From Cyanobacteriota bacterium (lineage in GTDB: Bacteria; Cyanobacteriota; Cyanobacteriia; Cyanobacteriales; Nostocaceae), in assembly GCA_046045965.1 (NCBI GenBank), contig JBJOKS010000019.1, positions 32,001 through 96,000 of the forward strand: a DNA stretch of 64,000 nucleotides. The letters are read 5' to 3'. Every line of letters begins with the position of its first letter. The stretch's first letter is position 1. The translations under genes were made by a program, and so were the position numbers. This document shows positions 29,270-38,997 of this stretch, piece by piece. The notes below the pieces were generated by a model. That model was not told where the DNA came from and ran no database searches. It saw nothing but the letters and a program-made list of their open reading frames with translations.

Positions 29270-29349
29270 TTTTAGGAAGGAAATCTTTATTGAAATTTGT
29301 GATAAAATTAATCTAATTGAATGTTTATTGATATCAACAATACAAACCA

Positions 29350-29553
29350 ATGCAAGCTGATAAATATCCATTTGCTGAAGAATTAATTACTGATATTGAA
29401 GGTAATATCAGAAAAGTAGTCATGGATTTTCAAGAATACTTACGGTTGCTAGAAGCACTAGAAGATGAAGGACTTATTTTAGCAATGAAAGAAGTAGAAA
29501 ATGAAACTCCTTTAAATTTTGATGAAGCATTAGCAGAATTAGAAAAAGAGTGA
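29350..29553 (+). CDS. Putative antitoxin
   Basis: Small acidic protein (LLEALEDEGL..AM) overlapping the downstream RelE gene. Confidence 0.75.
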   Translation: MQADKYPFAEELITDIEGNIRKVVMDFQEYLRLLEALEDEGLILAMKEVENETPLNFDEALAELEKE

Positions 29554-29822
29554 ATACCCAGTATCTACCTAGTTTTATTAAAGACCTAAAAGCACTCAAA
29601 AGTACACCTTACTATGAGTCTATTAAAAAGTTTGCTTTTGAAGAAATAATTGAAATATCAAGTTTTGCAGAAATCACCAATATCAAAAAGCTGCAAGGAT
29701 ATGATAATGCTTATCGTGTTCGTATAGGTGATTATCGTATTGGTGTTATTTTTGATGGTGAGACATTAATTTTTGAAAGAGTTTTACACCGTAAAGAAAT
29801 CTATCGTTATTTTCCCAAATAG
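29550..29822 (+). CDS. RelE/StbE-family toxin
   Basis: SFIKDLKAL, KKLQG, YRVRIGDYRIG, RVLHRKEIYR. Confidence 0.9.
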   Translation: MNTQYLPSFIKDLKALKSTPYYESIKKFAFEEIIEISSFAEITNIKKLQGYDNAYRVRIGDYRIGVIFDGETLIFERVLHRKEIYRYFPK

Positions 29823-29847
29823 ATGCTTTTGTAATAACAGTAAAATT

Positions 29848-30408
29848 ATGAAATTTAAACTAATTACACCTCTGAGCTTTTTATTAACAGCTACTCTCGC
29901 TTTATTCACATCTATCCACACTCCCAAAGTTACAGCACAACCAGCAACTTTTAATGTTGATAATCTTCTCAAATGTGCAGAATATTGTCGTCAACTTCCT
30001 ACAGATTATAAATATCGAAAGCTTAAAATTACACAAAAACTAATTAATCAATTACCCAAATGGAATAATATCTGTCAAAAATTGACAGGTAAGGGTTTAT
30101 GTGCTGTTGCTAAATCTTATCAGTTTAAAGATGGTCTAATTTATTTAAAAATTCAGGGTACTGAGTCTTTTTCCACAGATATTAAGTTTAATTCTGGTAT
30201 CAGTTCACAACAAGCTGTAAATATTGCCAAACAATCTTTTAATAATGGTGAGTCTTTCCCAAAAACAGAAAGGTTAAAAAATAGAACTGTTTTATATAGT
30301 AATCCCATTGATAATGGTGGAGAGACATTTTATTTACAAGAAACTTACTTGATTTTAAATTCCCGAAATCAAGTAAATAGAATAGTTTCAGTATCTACAA
30401 CTCCTTGA
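29848..30408 (+). CDS. Hypothetical exported protein
   Basis: Signal-peptide-like MKFKLITPLSFLLTATLALF...VTAQ; four Cys; ATG at 29848. Confidence 0.65.
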   Translation: MKFKLITPLSFLLTATLALFTSIHTPKVTAQPATFNVDNLLKCAEYCRQLPTDYKYRKLKITQKLINQLPKWNNICQKLTGKGLCAVAKSYQFKDGLIYLKIQGTESFSTDIKFNSGISSQQAVNIAKQSFNNGESFPKTERLKNRTVLYSNPIDNGGETFYLQETYLILNSRNQVNRIVSVSTTP

Positions 30409-30466
30409 TTTTTTGGGGTTTATGAAGACTAGAGTGAATTTTGATTATCATACTAACAGAAATTTC

Positions 30467-31243
30467 TCAACTTCCCACCTTTTCCAATAACCATTTTACC
30501 GCACTTTCCACATCTGCAACTTGTTCCCCTGGTGGTATAGGTGGACGTTTCACCATCACTACTTTTATTCCCATTTCTCGCGCTGCAATAATTTTCGGAT
30601 AAGTAGCATTTCCCCCGCTATTTTTACTCACAATAGTATCAATATGATAATCTGTTAAAATTTCCCTTTCATCCTCTAAAGAAAAGGGTCCTCTATCAAA
30701 TAACATTAAACCAGGAGGTATCACCACATCAGCATTTGGTGGGTCTATCATTCGCATTAAAAACCACATTTCCTGTAAATGAGAAAAAGCAGATATTTCT
30801 TGTCTACCAATAGTTAAAAAAACCCGTTTTGTTTGATGTTTGAAAAGTTGATTTTCTAACGCTTGATTTTCTAAAGCCGTGGCTGCTTCTGTATTATTTT
30901 TTACCTCAATCCAAATATCACCCGCTTGTTTTTCCCAAGGGGAACGATTTACTAATAATCTAGGAATACCCGTTTCCGTTGCTGCTGCTGCTGCATTCCA
31001 GGAGATATGATTAGCAAAGGGATGAGTAGCATCAATTAACACATCTATTTTTTGATGTTTTAAATATTCAACCAAACCCGTAACACCACCAAAACCGCCA
31101 ATGCGAACATTACCAACAGGTGCAACAGGTTCACGGGTACGACCGGCTAAAGATGCGATCGCCTCAACTCCAGTAATTTTGCTTATTCTTGCTGTCAATT
31201 CTGCTGCATCACCAGTACCACCGAGAATCAAAACGCGCAACAT
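30467..31243 (-). CDS. cobK: Precorrin-6A/cobalt-precorrin-6A reductase
   Basis: LILGGT, SLAGRT, RIGGFGG, IDATHPFA, FLTIG, VSKNSGG, K..AAR. Confidence 0.93.
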   Translation of the reverse strand: MLRVLILGGTGDAAELTARISKITGVEAIASLAGRTREPVAPVGNVRIGGFGGVTGLVEYLKHQKIDVLIDATHPFANHISWNAAAAATETGIPRLLVNRSPWEKQAGDIWIEVKNNTEAATALENQALENQLFKHQTKRVFLTIGRQEISAFSHLQEMWFLMRMIDPPNADVVIPPGLMLFDRGPFSLEDEREILTDYHIDTIVSKNSGGNATYPKIIAAREMGIKVVMVKRPPIPPGEQVADVESAVKWLLEKVGS

Positions 31244-31307
31244 AGCAATTTTGGATTTTAGATTTTAGATTATGAATTATAAAACATATCTAAATTAGAT
31301 AAAACTC

Positions 31308-31334
31308 TTGTGGGGTGGGCATCTTGCCCGCCCT
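31308..31334. repeat. REP-like GC-rich hairpin
   Basis: tgtggggtgggcatcttgcccgccc. Confidence 0.55.
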
Positions 31335-31342
31335 AAGCTGAT

Positions 31343-31735
31343 TTAATTAACTGATAAAGACGGAATTCTGGCTAAAATTCCCTTTTTCAAAGGTTCAGGA
31401 CGTTCTGACCAAGGTAAAACACCATCAGGCTTATTGTAGTATTTACTTGCACATTCCAGCACAGCTTCAGCACAACCCTCAACCGGCAAATCACCAAATA
31501 AATAAGTTAACTTCCCTTGACCAGCAAAAGCTACCACACAAGAACGGTTACAAGCACTCATACATTCAACTTCTTGGATGGGGAACTGATCCCGTAAATG
31601 CCAATTTTGCGCGACTTGTTGAATTTCTTGTAAAAGTTTTTGACCACCACTTTCACCGACACGCTTACCATCTTGCCAAACACTAGCGCAGGTTTTACAC
31701 ACAAATAAACTATGAGCAGTTACATCAGTAGTCAT
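31343..31735 (-). CDS. DUF1636-like metal-binding protein
   Basis: FVCKTC, VECMSAC..SCVVAF, YLFGDL, ILARIP; adjacent to cobK. Confidence 0.85.
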   Translation of the reverse strand: MTTDVTAHSLFVCKTCASVWQDGKRVGESGGQKLLQEIQQVAQNWHLRDQFPIQEVECMSACNRSCVVAFAGQGKLTYLFGDLPVEGCAEAVLECASKYYNKPDGVLPWSERPEPLKKGILARIPSLSVN

Positions 31736-31876
31736 CCCTATCCTCGCAGATTTTCACAATTTTCTATTATAAATCCCCAACTGCTTTGAGAAGTCGATAT
31801 TTACCCATCACCAATTACCAATTACCAATTACCCGCCAAACAGATATGATAGCTATACAAACAAACATGATATGAG

Positions 31877-32371
31877 TTAAAATCTTAAACCCACACCACC
31901 CTGCAAAGATAAAGCCGTACCTCCACCATTACGATAAGCATCAAAAGCAATAATAGCGTTACCAAAAATCACCGTATTACTATTAGGAACAACATAATCA
32001 ATTCCTGGTTGCAAAGCAAAACTTATTTTATTACCTACAGGGGAAGGAGTATCACCACTGGTTAATACTATTCCAGCACCCAAATAAACATCAGTTTGCC
32101 AGTTGAGGGGCAGATCATAAGAAACGGTAGGTACTACTGCTGTAGCTTGACCAATTAAAGCTTGAGCGCGGAAAGATACAGGACTTTCTAGTAACTTGTA
32201 GCGAACAGCTAAAACTCCCCCAAGTTGAGTACCTTCACTTAGTCCAACCGCCGGACCAATACCTACATAGCTACCATAAGCGACTTGAGCCTGTGCAGGT
32301 TGACTATTGATAAACAAACTTAAAACCGCACCAGTCCCCAGAACTGCAACTAAATATTGAATAAGCTTCAT
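31877..32371 (-). CDS. Small outer-membrane beta-barrel-like protein
   Basis: Signal peptide, alternating beta-strand pattern, C-terminal GGVGLRF. Confidence 0.75.
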   Translation of the reverse strand: MKLIQYLVAVLGTGAVLSLFINSQPAQAQVAYGSYVGIGPAVGLSEGTQLGGVLAVRYKLLESPVSFRAQALIGQATAVVPTVSYDLPLNWQTDVYLGAGIVLTSGDTPSPVGNKISFALQPGIDYVVPNSNTVIFGNAIIAFDAYRNGGGTALSLQGGVGLRF

Positions 32372-32421
32372 TACCCTACTCCTGACACCATCTAAATAAA
32401 TATGTTACCAATATTGCTGAT

Positions 32422-32548
32422 TGGTAATTGGTAATTGGTAATTGGTAATTGGTAATTGGTAATTGGTAATAAATTCATTCTTCCCAGTCCCCAGTCCCCA
32501 GTCCCCAGTCCCCAGTCCCCAGTCCCCAGTCCCCAGTCCCCAGTCCCC
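32422..32548. repeat. STRR tracts (TTGGTAA)n and (CCCAGTC)n
   Basis: About 7 and about 9 tandem heptamers. Confidence 0.92.
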
Positions 32549-32551
32549 TAA

Positions 32552-34672
32552 CTATGGACAACGGGAATGAATACCACCCTTAGTACAAATGAAAGCTAAT
32601 TGCTGGGCATCTAAATTCTTAGCATTGCTAAAATCTACACCTTGAACTATAGCTGCTTGTGAACCGAGATCGGAAGTTTCCACAAACCTATCTCCGGGAT
32701 CTTGCTTACCAGGAAAGAGAATAGTACCTTGAAAATCAGCACCATCCAAATTTGCTCCCCGTAAGTCTGCACGACTAATATCAGCATTCCGCAGGTTGGC
32801 GTTTTTCATGTTGGCCGAGCGTAAAACAGCACCAGCAAGACGAGCTGCACTGAAGTTAGCATTGCTGAGATTAGCATTATTCAAATAAGCTTCAGATAAA
32901 TCTGCTCCTTGCCAGTTGGTATTAATTAAATTGGCATGAGATAATTGTGTACCTATAGCAGAAACTCTAGCTAACTGAGCAGCATACAAATCTGCTTCTA
33001 TTAAATTTGCGTCGCTAATATCTGCCCCTGTTAAAATCGCATCTTCCAAAATTGCCTTTTGTAAATCGCTACCTATGAGTTGGGTACTGCTGAGGTTAGC
33101 ACCCACTAACCGAGCATTAGATAAGTTAGCTTTGTTCAGGGTGGCGCGGCTTAAATCGCTGCGGTTCATCATCACACGACTGAGATTTGTCTCACTGAGA
33201 TTGGCTTGCTTGAGTTCAGTTTTACTTAAATCGGCGATGACATCATCATAGGTATCCCAACGCCCATCTTCACCTGCACTGCGGAAGCGACTAGCTTTGA
33301 GACTGGCTTGGTTGAGATTGGCAGATTTAAACAGAACGCCTGATAAATCTGCATTTTCTAGTACCAAGTTAAATACAGAACTTTCCTCAGCATTTTTTGG
33401 ACCGAGTTGGATGCTACTTAAATCAATGTTATTAATTTTGCCGCTATAAACAGTCAAAATTTTGTTTATTGCCTGTTGGTTAAGGTTTAACTGTTGTTGT
33501 CGAATATTGCGAACACTACCACCTGATTCCAGTTCTCCTGTGAGAAACTGATTCATACGTTTTAATTCTGGTAAAGCTTGGGGTCCGATATTTGACAATG
33601 CCTGTTGAATAGTATCGAGGATGCTGGGGTCAGTTTCCTTCACCAGTAAATCTACTAAATATTTGATGGACTGTGTATCATTAATTCCCCCCAAGGCGAG
33701 AATTGCCCTTTGGCGTTCTTCGTTGGAGACACCAGAGTTGGGATTAATTTCTTTGACGAGTTCGAGAAACTTTTGACTGTTGATCAGCTGTGTTTTCCGT
33801 AGGCTTTCTTGGTTTTGGATGTAAATTTGTGTGCCTACTAAAGTTGACAACACAGCGATCATACTTGTTACCCCAACTACAGACAAAGTGAAATTGGGGT
33901 TGCTGAATATTTTCAGTTTGGGGATTGACCACTGACTAGATGTAGTTAGCTGTTGCTCATTTTCTGGTTGTGGTTGCTCGCTGGTATTTTCTACAGGTGT
34001 TTTTATCGGTTTGTTGATGTCTTTGACATCTATGGTGTATGTACCTGCTAATTGATCATGGAAAGCACGACGACGCTTTTGGGAAGTCCAGCCCATGCCT
34101 TCACCTAACACCAGCACTAGAGCTAAAAATGTAAATAGACCTAAATTGGGAAAAGCAAAGCTGTAGCGCCACAGGATATAAGCAATGGACACTGGAGCAG
34201 TCCAGCGTCCTAGCCCTTCACGAACTACAGCAGCCCTTAAACCAGGGGCTTGACCTTCCTCATCAACTACCCGCACCCCAAACCAACGCTTGGGAATGGT
34301 GCTGCCTGTTTTACCCAGTAAATACAACTGCCAACCGGAGAGGGTGAGAGGTGTTAAGAGGGCGATAGTCCATAAAAAATTAGTGGGACTGGCAACATTC
34401 CGAATGCCATAACTAACTGGTAGTGCTAAAGGCCTAGCGATCGCTCTTTCTGTGAGTACCAGCACTGGGTTGAGGGGTACTCTTTGAATATCGCTGCGAG
34501 AATTGGCATAAACACCGATGCCAAAGGGAATTAACCCACTGGCTACTACTAATGTGATTTCTGCTGCCCAAGCGGCTAAACGCCTTGTTCCCAAGGGCAA
34601 AGATTTAGCTTTTTGCGGTTTTTGGGACTTGCTAGATTGATCAATATTTCTCCTCACAGTTGGGGTCGTCAT
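32552..34672 (-). CDS. hglK: RDD-domain plus pentapeptide-repeat membrane protein, HglK-like
   Basis: RDD motifs (RRLAAW, G.TIPKRWFGVRVV, HDQLAGT), TM segments and a long A(D/N)L.. pentapeptide tract; architecture and size match HglK. Confidence 0.7.
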   Translation of the reverse strand: MTTPTVRRNIDQSSKSQKPQKAKSLPLGTRRLAAWAAEITLVVASGLIPFGIGVYANSRSDIQRVPLNPVLVLTERAIARPLALPVSYGIRNVASPTNFLWTIALLTPLTLSGWQLYLLGKTGSTIPKRWFGVRVVDEEGQAPGLRAAVVREGLGRWTAPVSIAYILWRYSFAFPNLGLFTFLALVLVLGEGMGWTSQKRRRAFHDQLAGTYTIDVKDINKPIKTPVENTSEQPQPENEQQLTTSSQWSIPKLKIFSNPNFTLSVVGVTSMIAVLSTLVGTQIYIQNQESLRKTQLINSQKFLELVKEINPNSGVSNEERQRAILALGGINDTQSIKYLVDLLVKETDPSILDTIQQALSNIGPQALPELKRMNQFLTGELESGGSVRNIRQQQLNLNQQAINKILTVYSGKINNIDLSSIQLGPKNAEESSVFNLVLENADLSGVLFKSANLNQASLKASRFRSAGEDGRWDTYDDVIADLSKTELKQANLSETNLSRVMMNRSDLSRATLNKANLSNARLVGANLSSTQLIGSDLQKAILEDAILTGADISDANLIEADLYAAQLARVSAIGTQLSHANLINTNWQGADLSEAYLNNANLSNANFSAARLAGAVLRSANMKNANLRNADISRADLRGANLDGADFQGTILFPGKQDPGDRFVETSDLGSQAAIVQGVDFSNAKNLDAQQLAFICTKGGIHSRCP

Positions 34673-34857
34673 TGCATCATTTCCCTTTGATTCTATGTTT
34701 ACGCCAATCTCGGCGCGGTTAAAATAAATGTAAGCATTCAGCTATCAGCCATCAGCAGTCAGCTTTTTCCGGCTTACGCCAAAAATACCTATTTGATAAT
34801 TAACCAATTTCTCAAACATTCTGACTCCTGACTCCTGAATTCTTACAAATAAATAGG

Positions 34858-35202
34858 CTATTGCTTACGTTGCAAGCTGTTAGACACCAAAAATTTGTAT
34901 CCAAGATACACTAACCCTGCCAATAGTGCCAGACTGATCACAGATGCTACCAGTCTAAATACTGTTTGCAGTACCAATATGCCCAAAACTATTACTACAC
35001 TGGCAACGGCAAGTTTTTTCATTCCTGATAACCCTTGAAACCAAATTTGCGATCGCTCTAAATGCCGATTTAATTTGGCAAAAACACTCTGATTTGTCTG
35101 TTTTTGCGTCTCTGGTTGGTTGAGGTTTGGGCTAAATGAATTCATTTCCGCCTCTAATTGTTGGAGGCGACGTTGCAAGTCTTCTTCAGGTTGAGAATTC
35201 AT
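34858..35202 (-). CDS. Hypothetical membrane protein
   Basis: N-terminal coiled coil and two C-terminal TM helices. Confidence 0.8.
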   Translation of the reverse strand: MNSQPEEDLQRRLQQLEAEMNSFSPNLNQPETQKQTNQSVFAKLNRHLERSQIWFQGLSGMKKLAVASVVIVLGILVLQTVFRLVASVISLALLAGLVYLGYKFLVSNSLQRKQ

Positions 35203-35671
35203 GATTTTTTACCTCATCTCTAACGCTGGTTCTACAACCGACTAACTATATATAGCAGGTGACAGGTGACAGGTGACAGAGTTGAAAGCCTTTTTGTGTT
35301 TAGCTTTTATAAAGAAATCGAGCGAACCAAAACCTCCGAGATCAAGTATCGGAGCGTGGTGGAGATATTTTATCGTGCTTTAGACGGTGGATGTAGGCGA
35401 GCGCAAAGCCCTACTTATCTATCTCTAAACGTCTGTAAGGAAGGAAAATAATGTATCTTGACCTATAGCCAGAATTTTCTACTTATCCAGTGTCACTTCA
35501 GGATCTTTTCATCCTGAGTTATAAATTTACACAATTCCCAAATCAGAATTAAATAAAAATCCCTAAAAATTTATACTTCTAACTTGGGAACAAAAACCCT
35601 TTCTCTGGTTCTAATAATCCAGAATATATATCACTTTATTTATCTATCAAAAGCTGGGAGCATGAATAAAA

Positions 35672-36103
35672 ATGAAGACATTAAAACTACTGACTTTTGT
35701 TCCCGCAACTTTACTAATGAGTTTGTTATTTAACCAACCTATTTTGGCACAGACTCCATTTATCCCAATTAATAACCAACTCCCGACAGATCCACTTGTT
35801 GTCAATGGCACATCTGGGGGAACAGTCCAGAGTAATTGCGGGAATATTACCACTCAACCTAGTCAAGTTCTTCAGGTACAAGAATCTTTACCTTATTTAC
35901 GCTTAACAGTTGAGGGACAGGGACAGCCTACAATGTTGATTGATGGACCTGGAGGGCGCTTTTGTGTGTTGGCAGATAACTACTCTGCAAATAAACCCGA
36001 ACTTGCTGGTTTCTGGCAACTTGGCAACTACTTGGTCTATGTAGGCAATTTATCGCCAGGACAGTATAATTATACTCTTTCTATTTCCCAACAAAAGAAG
36101 TGA
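35672..36103 (+). CDS. Conserved exported hypothetical protein
   Basis: Signal peptide; NCG.I...P, GPGGRFC, G.Y.VYVG. Confidence 0.8.
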   Translation: MKTLKLLTFVPATLLMSLLFNQPILAQTPFIPINNQLPTDPLVVNGTSGGTVQSNCGNITTQPSQVLQVQESLPYLRLTVEGQGQPTMLIDGPGGRFCVLADNYSANKPELAGFWQLGNYLVYVGNLSPGQYNYTLSISQQKK

Positions 36104-36171
36104 GGTGATTGGGGACCCTTGACTGGGGACTGGTGATAGGTGGCAGGATCTTCCCGTCTTCCCACACTCTA

Positions 36172-36927
36172 TTAAAACAATGCCATGACCGCAGCGGGAG
36201 AACCTGAACCACCACGCAGTCTGAGAATACCAATTACTAGGGTAGCGCCTTGGGGTGGTAGTTGATCCAAATTGGTGAGGTTTTCTAAGACAATACGTGG
36301 TTTTGCTAATACCAAACGATTAGTAGTAAAATTTGTATCTTGTCCAGAGTCTACGCCGTGGGTATCAATTCCCACTCCAGCAATTTTTCTTTCTGTAATT
36401 AAAAACTGGGTTGCATCATTGCCAAACCCTGGAAAGTGCATATTTCCATCTGCATCTTGATTCAAAAATGCGTTTTTATCCAGCCATTTAGTTTGCCAAC
36501 CCGTATAAAGTAATACGATACATTCAGCGGAAATAGTCCCAAATTCTGCTTCCCATGCCAAAATATCAGCTACAGTTAAAAGATAATCAGCATTCTCTGT
36601 TGCTTGTTGAGAAATATCTATAACTACCGCAGGTACTACCAAAGACTGAGCGGAATATTCGTCAATGCTAATACCGTTACCGTGAAAACTATTAGGGGCA
36701 TTGATATGAGTAGCACTATGTTCCCCTAAAGAAAAACGTCGCAGATAATAGCCATCATCTTGTAGTTCAGCGACAGTAGTAAATTTAACGGTTGGATCAC
36801 CTGGCCATTGTGGTATACCTATGTCAATTAAATGACTCAGGTGGATAACACGGGAGTAGGCGATATTGTTTGGCTGCTGGTTGTGTATAATAGCTTTCCT
36901 CACTTGTTGGGGTACTGCTATTATCAT
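36172..36927 (-). CDS. Cyclase-family metal-dependent hydrolase (kynurenine formamidase-like)
   Basis: WPGDP, GEHSATHINAP, LYTGW, HFPGF, GIDTHGVD, LENL, GGSGSPA; start taken at ATG 36927. Confidence 0.88.
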   Translation of the reverse strand: MIIAVPQQVRKAIIHNQQPNNIAYSRVIHLSHLIDIGIPQWPGDPTVKFTTVAELQDDGYYLRRFSLGEHSATHINAPNSFHGNGISIDEYSAQSLVVPAVVIDISQQATENADYLLTVADILAWEAEFGTISAECIVLLYTGWQTKWLDKNAFLNQDADGNMHFPGFGNDATQFLITERKIAGVGIDTHGVDSGQDTNFTTNRLVLAKPRIVLENLTNLDQLPPQGATLVIGILRLRGGSGSPAAVMALF

Positions 36928-37111
36928 AAAATAATCCCCCAATTCCTGTAAATACCAGGTCAGTTGGGGGTTTAAAATGTTGCAGCAAAAAGTGAATTTA
37001 ACCTTAGTTAACACCTGAAAGGTTAACTTTTGACAAGCATTAGGTTAAGCTTAGGTAAAAACATACGCACATTAGTCATTGGTCATTAGTAAAATTCTTA
37101 TCTGTCACCTA

Positions 37112-38089
37112 TTACCTATGTTCAATCATGGGAAATTTTTCAAAGTTGCGTTTTACCCAATCCATACCTATTTCGTTATTTAATTTTATATGTTGAGGAA
37201 TGTTGGGATAAAGTTTACCTAAAATATCAACATCTTGTTCAACGATTACTTCTGCTAGACGGACAAAGTTTTTCTTGATTAAATGGGCAATAGGATTTTT
37301 AACTTTACCATAAACTAAAACATAGGTGCGTGTATGGGTTGCTGATTCGGGAACAAAGAAATGAATTTGTTTAACACTAGCAACAGGACTTTCACCATGT
37401 ACAACAACAAAACTAGGAAAGAAATTTTCTAAATGGGCGTTTATTGTGTTGGGAATTGCTAACAGTCCAGGATTTTTGAGTAGGTCATTTAATTTGTGTT
37501 TTTTTCTGATTAAATCAAAGTAAGCATGGGCGTGATGTCCGTTATCAATAAATTGTTTAAAGTCTACTTTCTCAATTTCAAATAATGGACGATGTGTACC
37601 ATTTTGATGATCGTAATCGTGCATATTTAATAGCATTGTCAGCAGTTCGGTTTTAACGCTGAAGTTTTTTGTATGTCCCAAAAATTCATATTCGGCGGCA
37701 AAATCTTTTAGAATTGTGGGGATGTTAATTTTCGGTTCATATCCACCATAAGTCCAGATAAAATCCCCTTGAATAATTAACTCTAATGGTTGGAGTAAGG
37801 GTTTTGTTTGTTTATTACTATTTGGTAAAACTGTACAACCTGTGCTATCAAATTCTAAAGCATGAAATGGACAAACTACTGTACTACTACCATCGGACTT
37901 TGTCACACACCAACCTTCTGAAAGCATTGCACCTAAATGGGGACAGGCATTAGGTAAACAACTAATTTTACCTGTTTGATCTTGCCAGATGACGTAATCT
38001 TTCCCATACAGGGAAATTTTAAAGGGCTGATTTGGTTGCAGCATGGAACGATGAGCCAATAACCAAGGTGCGCCTTGTAACATGGTCAT
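37112..38089 (-). CDS. Rieske [2Fe-2S] non-heme iron oxygenase
   Basis: CPHLGA...CPFH Rieske ligands, NMHDYDH..TH iron site, EQD. Confidence 0.9.
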   Translation of the reverse strand: MTMLQGAPWLLAHRSMLQPNQPFKISLYGKDYVIWQDQTGKISCLPNACPHLGAMLSEGWCVTKSDGSSTVVCPFHALEFDSTGCTVLPNSNKQTKPLLQPLELIIQGDFIWTYGGYEPKINIPTILKDFAAEYEFLGHTKNFSVKTELLTMLLNMHDYDHQNGTHRPLFEIEKVDFKQFIDNGHHAHAYFDLIRKKHKLNDLLKNPGLLAIPNTINAHLENFFPSFVVVHGESPVASVKQIHFFVPESATHTRTYVLVYGKVKNPIAHLIKKNFVRLAEVIVEQDVDILGKLYPNIPQHIKLNNEIGMDWVKRNFEKFPMIEHR

Positions 38090-38109
38090 AAACAACCTCT
38101 AATTTAATT

Positions 38110-38125
38110 AACTAATTTTTTAGTT
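38110..38125. promoter_or_regulatory. Candidate TetR operator palindrome
   Basis: AACTAA-tttt-TTAGTT in the 100-bp divergent region between the Rieske and TetR genes. Confidence 0.5.
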
Positions 38126-38189
38126 AGTTTAACAATAGAGTGAGATTGCTGTCAACTATTGTTAGGATGTAGGAGTAATAGATAACAAA

Positions 38190-38843
38190 ATGGTGGTGAA
38201 ATCTGTGAGAAATAGGGGAGGAGTTAAATCGGTGCGTCAGGTGCGTGATGCGGAGGTGACACAGCAGCAGATTTTAGATGCAGCAGAGATTGAGTTTGCT
38301 AAAGATGGGTTAAAAGGGGCGCGGTTGAGTGCGATCGCGGATCGTGCGAAAATTACGACAGCGATGATTCATTATTATTTTGAGAATAAAGAAGGTTTGT
38401 ATAAAGCAGTTTTGCAGCGTCCGATCAATGAAGCGTTATCAGTGGTAAATCAGTTAGATTTAGAAAAGTTACATCCCCAGGAAGCATTAAAGCAAATTAT
38501 TCGCAGTGCGATCGCCTATGAAGCAGCTTATCCCCATCGTCAAATGTTGTGGTTTCAAGAAGCGAGTCAAAATCAGGGTTTGTACTTTAAAGAAATTAAC
38601 CCCATGAATTTATATGCACCACTATTGAAGGTTTTAGAAAGGGGGATAAATGAAGGATATTTTCGGTCTGTAGATCCATTTTTGACCTTAACTCATATTA
38701 TTAGTGTGTGTATTTTTTATTTTGTAGTTCAAGAAAACTGGAAACATTTGACACCTGACATAGATCGCCTCAGTCCAGAGATGGTAGAGAAACATACTGA
38801 AAGTGCGATCGCTCTTATTTTAGGTGGTTTGTTGATTAATTAA
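38190..38843 (+). CDS. TetR/AcrR family transcriptional regulator
   Basis: ILDAAEIEFAKDG..GA...IA..A......IHYYF.NKEGLY. Confidence 0.93.
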   Translation: MVVKSVRNRGGVKSVRQVRDAEVTQQQILDAAEIEFAKDGLKGARLSAIADRAKITTAMIHYYFENKEGLYKAVLQRPINEALSVVNQLDLEKLHPQEALKQIIRSAIAYEAAYPHRQMLWFQEASQNQGLYFKEINPMNLYAPLLKVLERGINEGYFRSVDPFLTLTHIISVCIFYFVVQENWKHLTPDIDRLSPEMVEKHTESAIALILGGLLIN

Positions 38844-38997
38844 GGGAACAGGGAACAGGGAACAGAAGGCAAGAGTTTATTCTTCCCATTCCCCAATCAC
38901 CAATCACCAGTCCCCACTCCCAGTTGCATAAAAAGTGGAGGTTTTCATTTTTTGTGCTATAACCCACACATAAAATGATTTTAGACAGAAGCGACTA

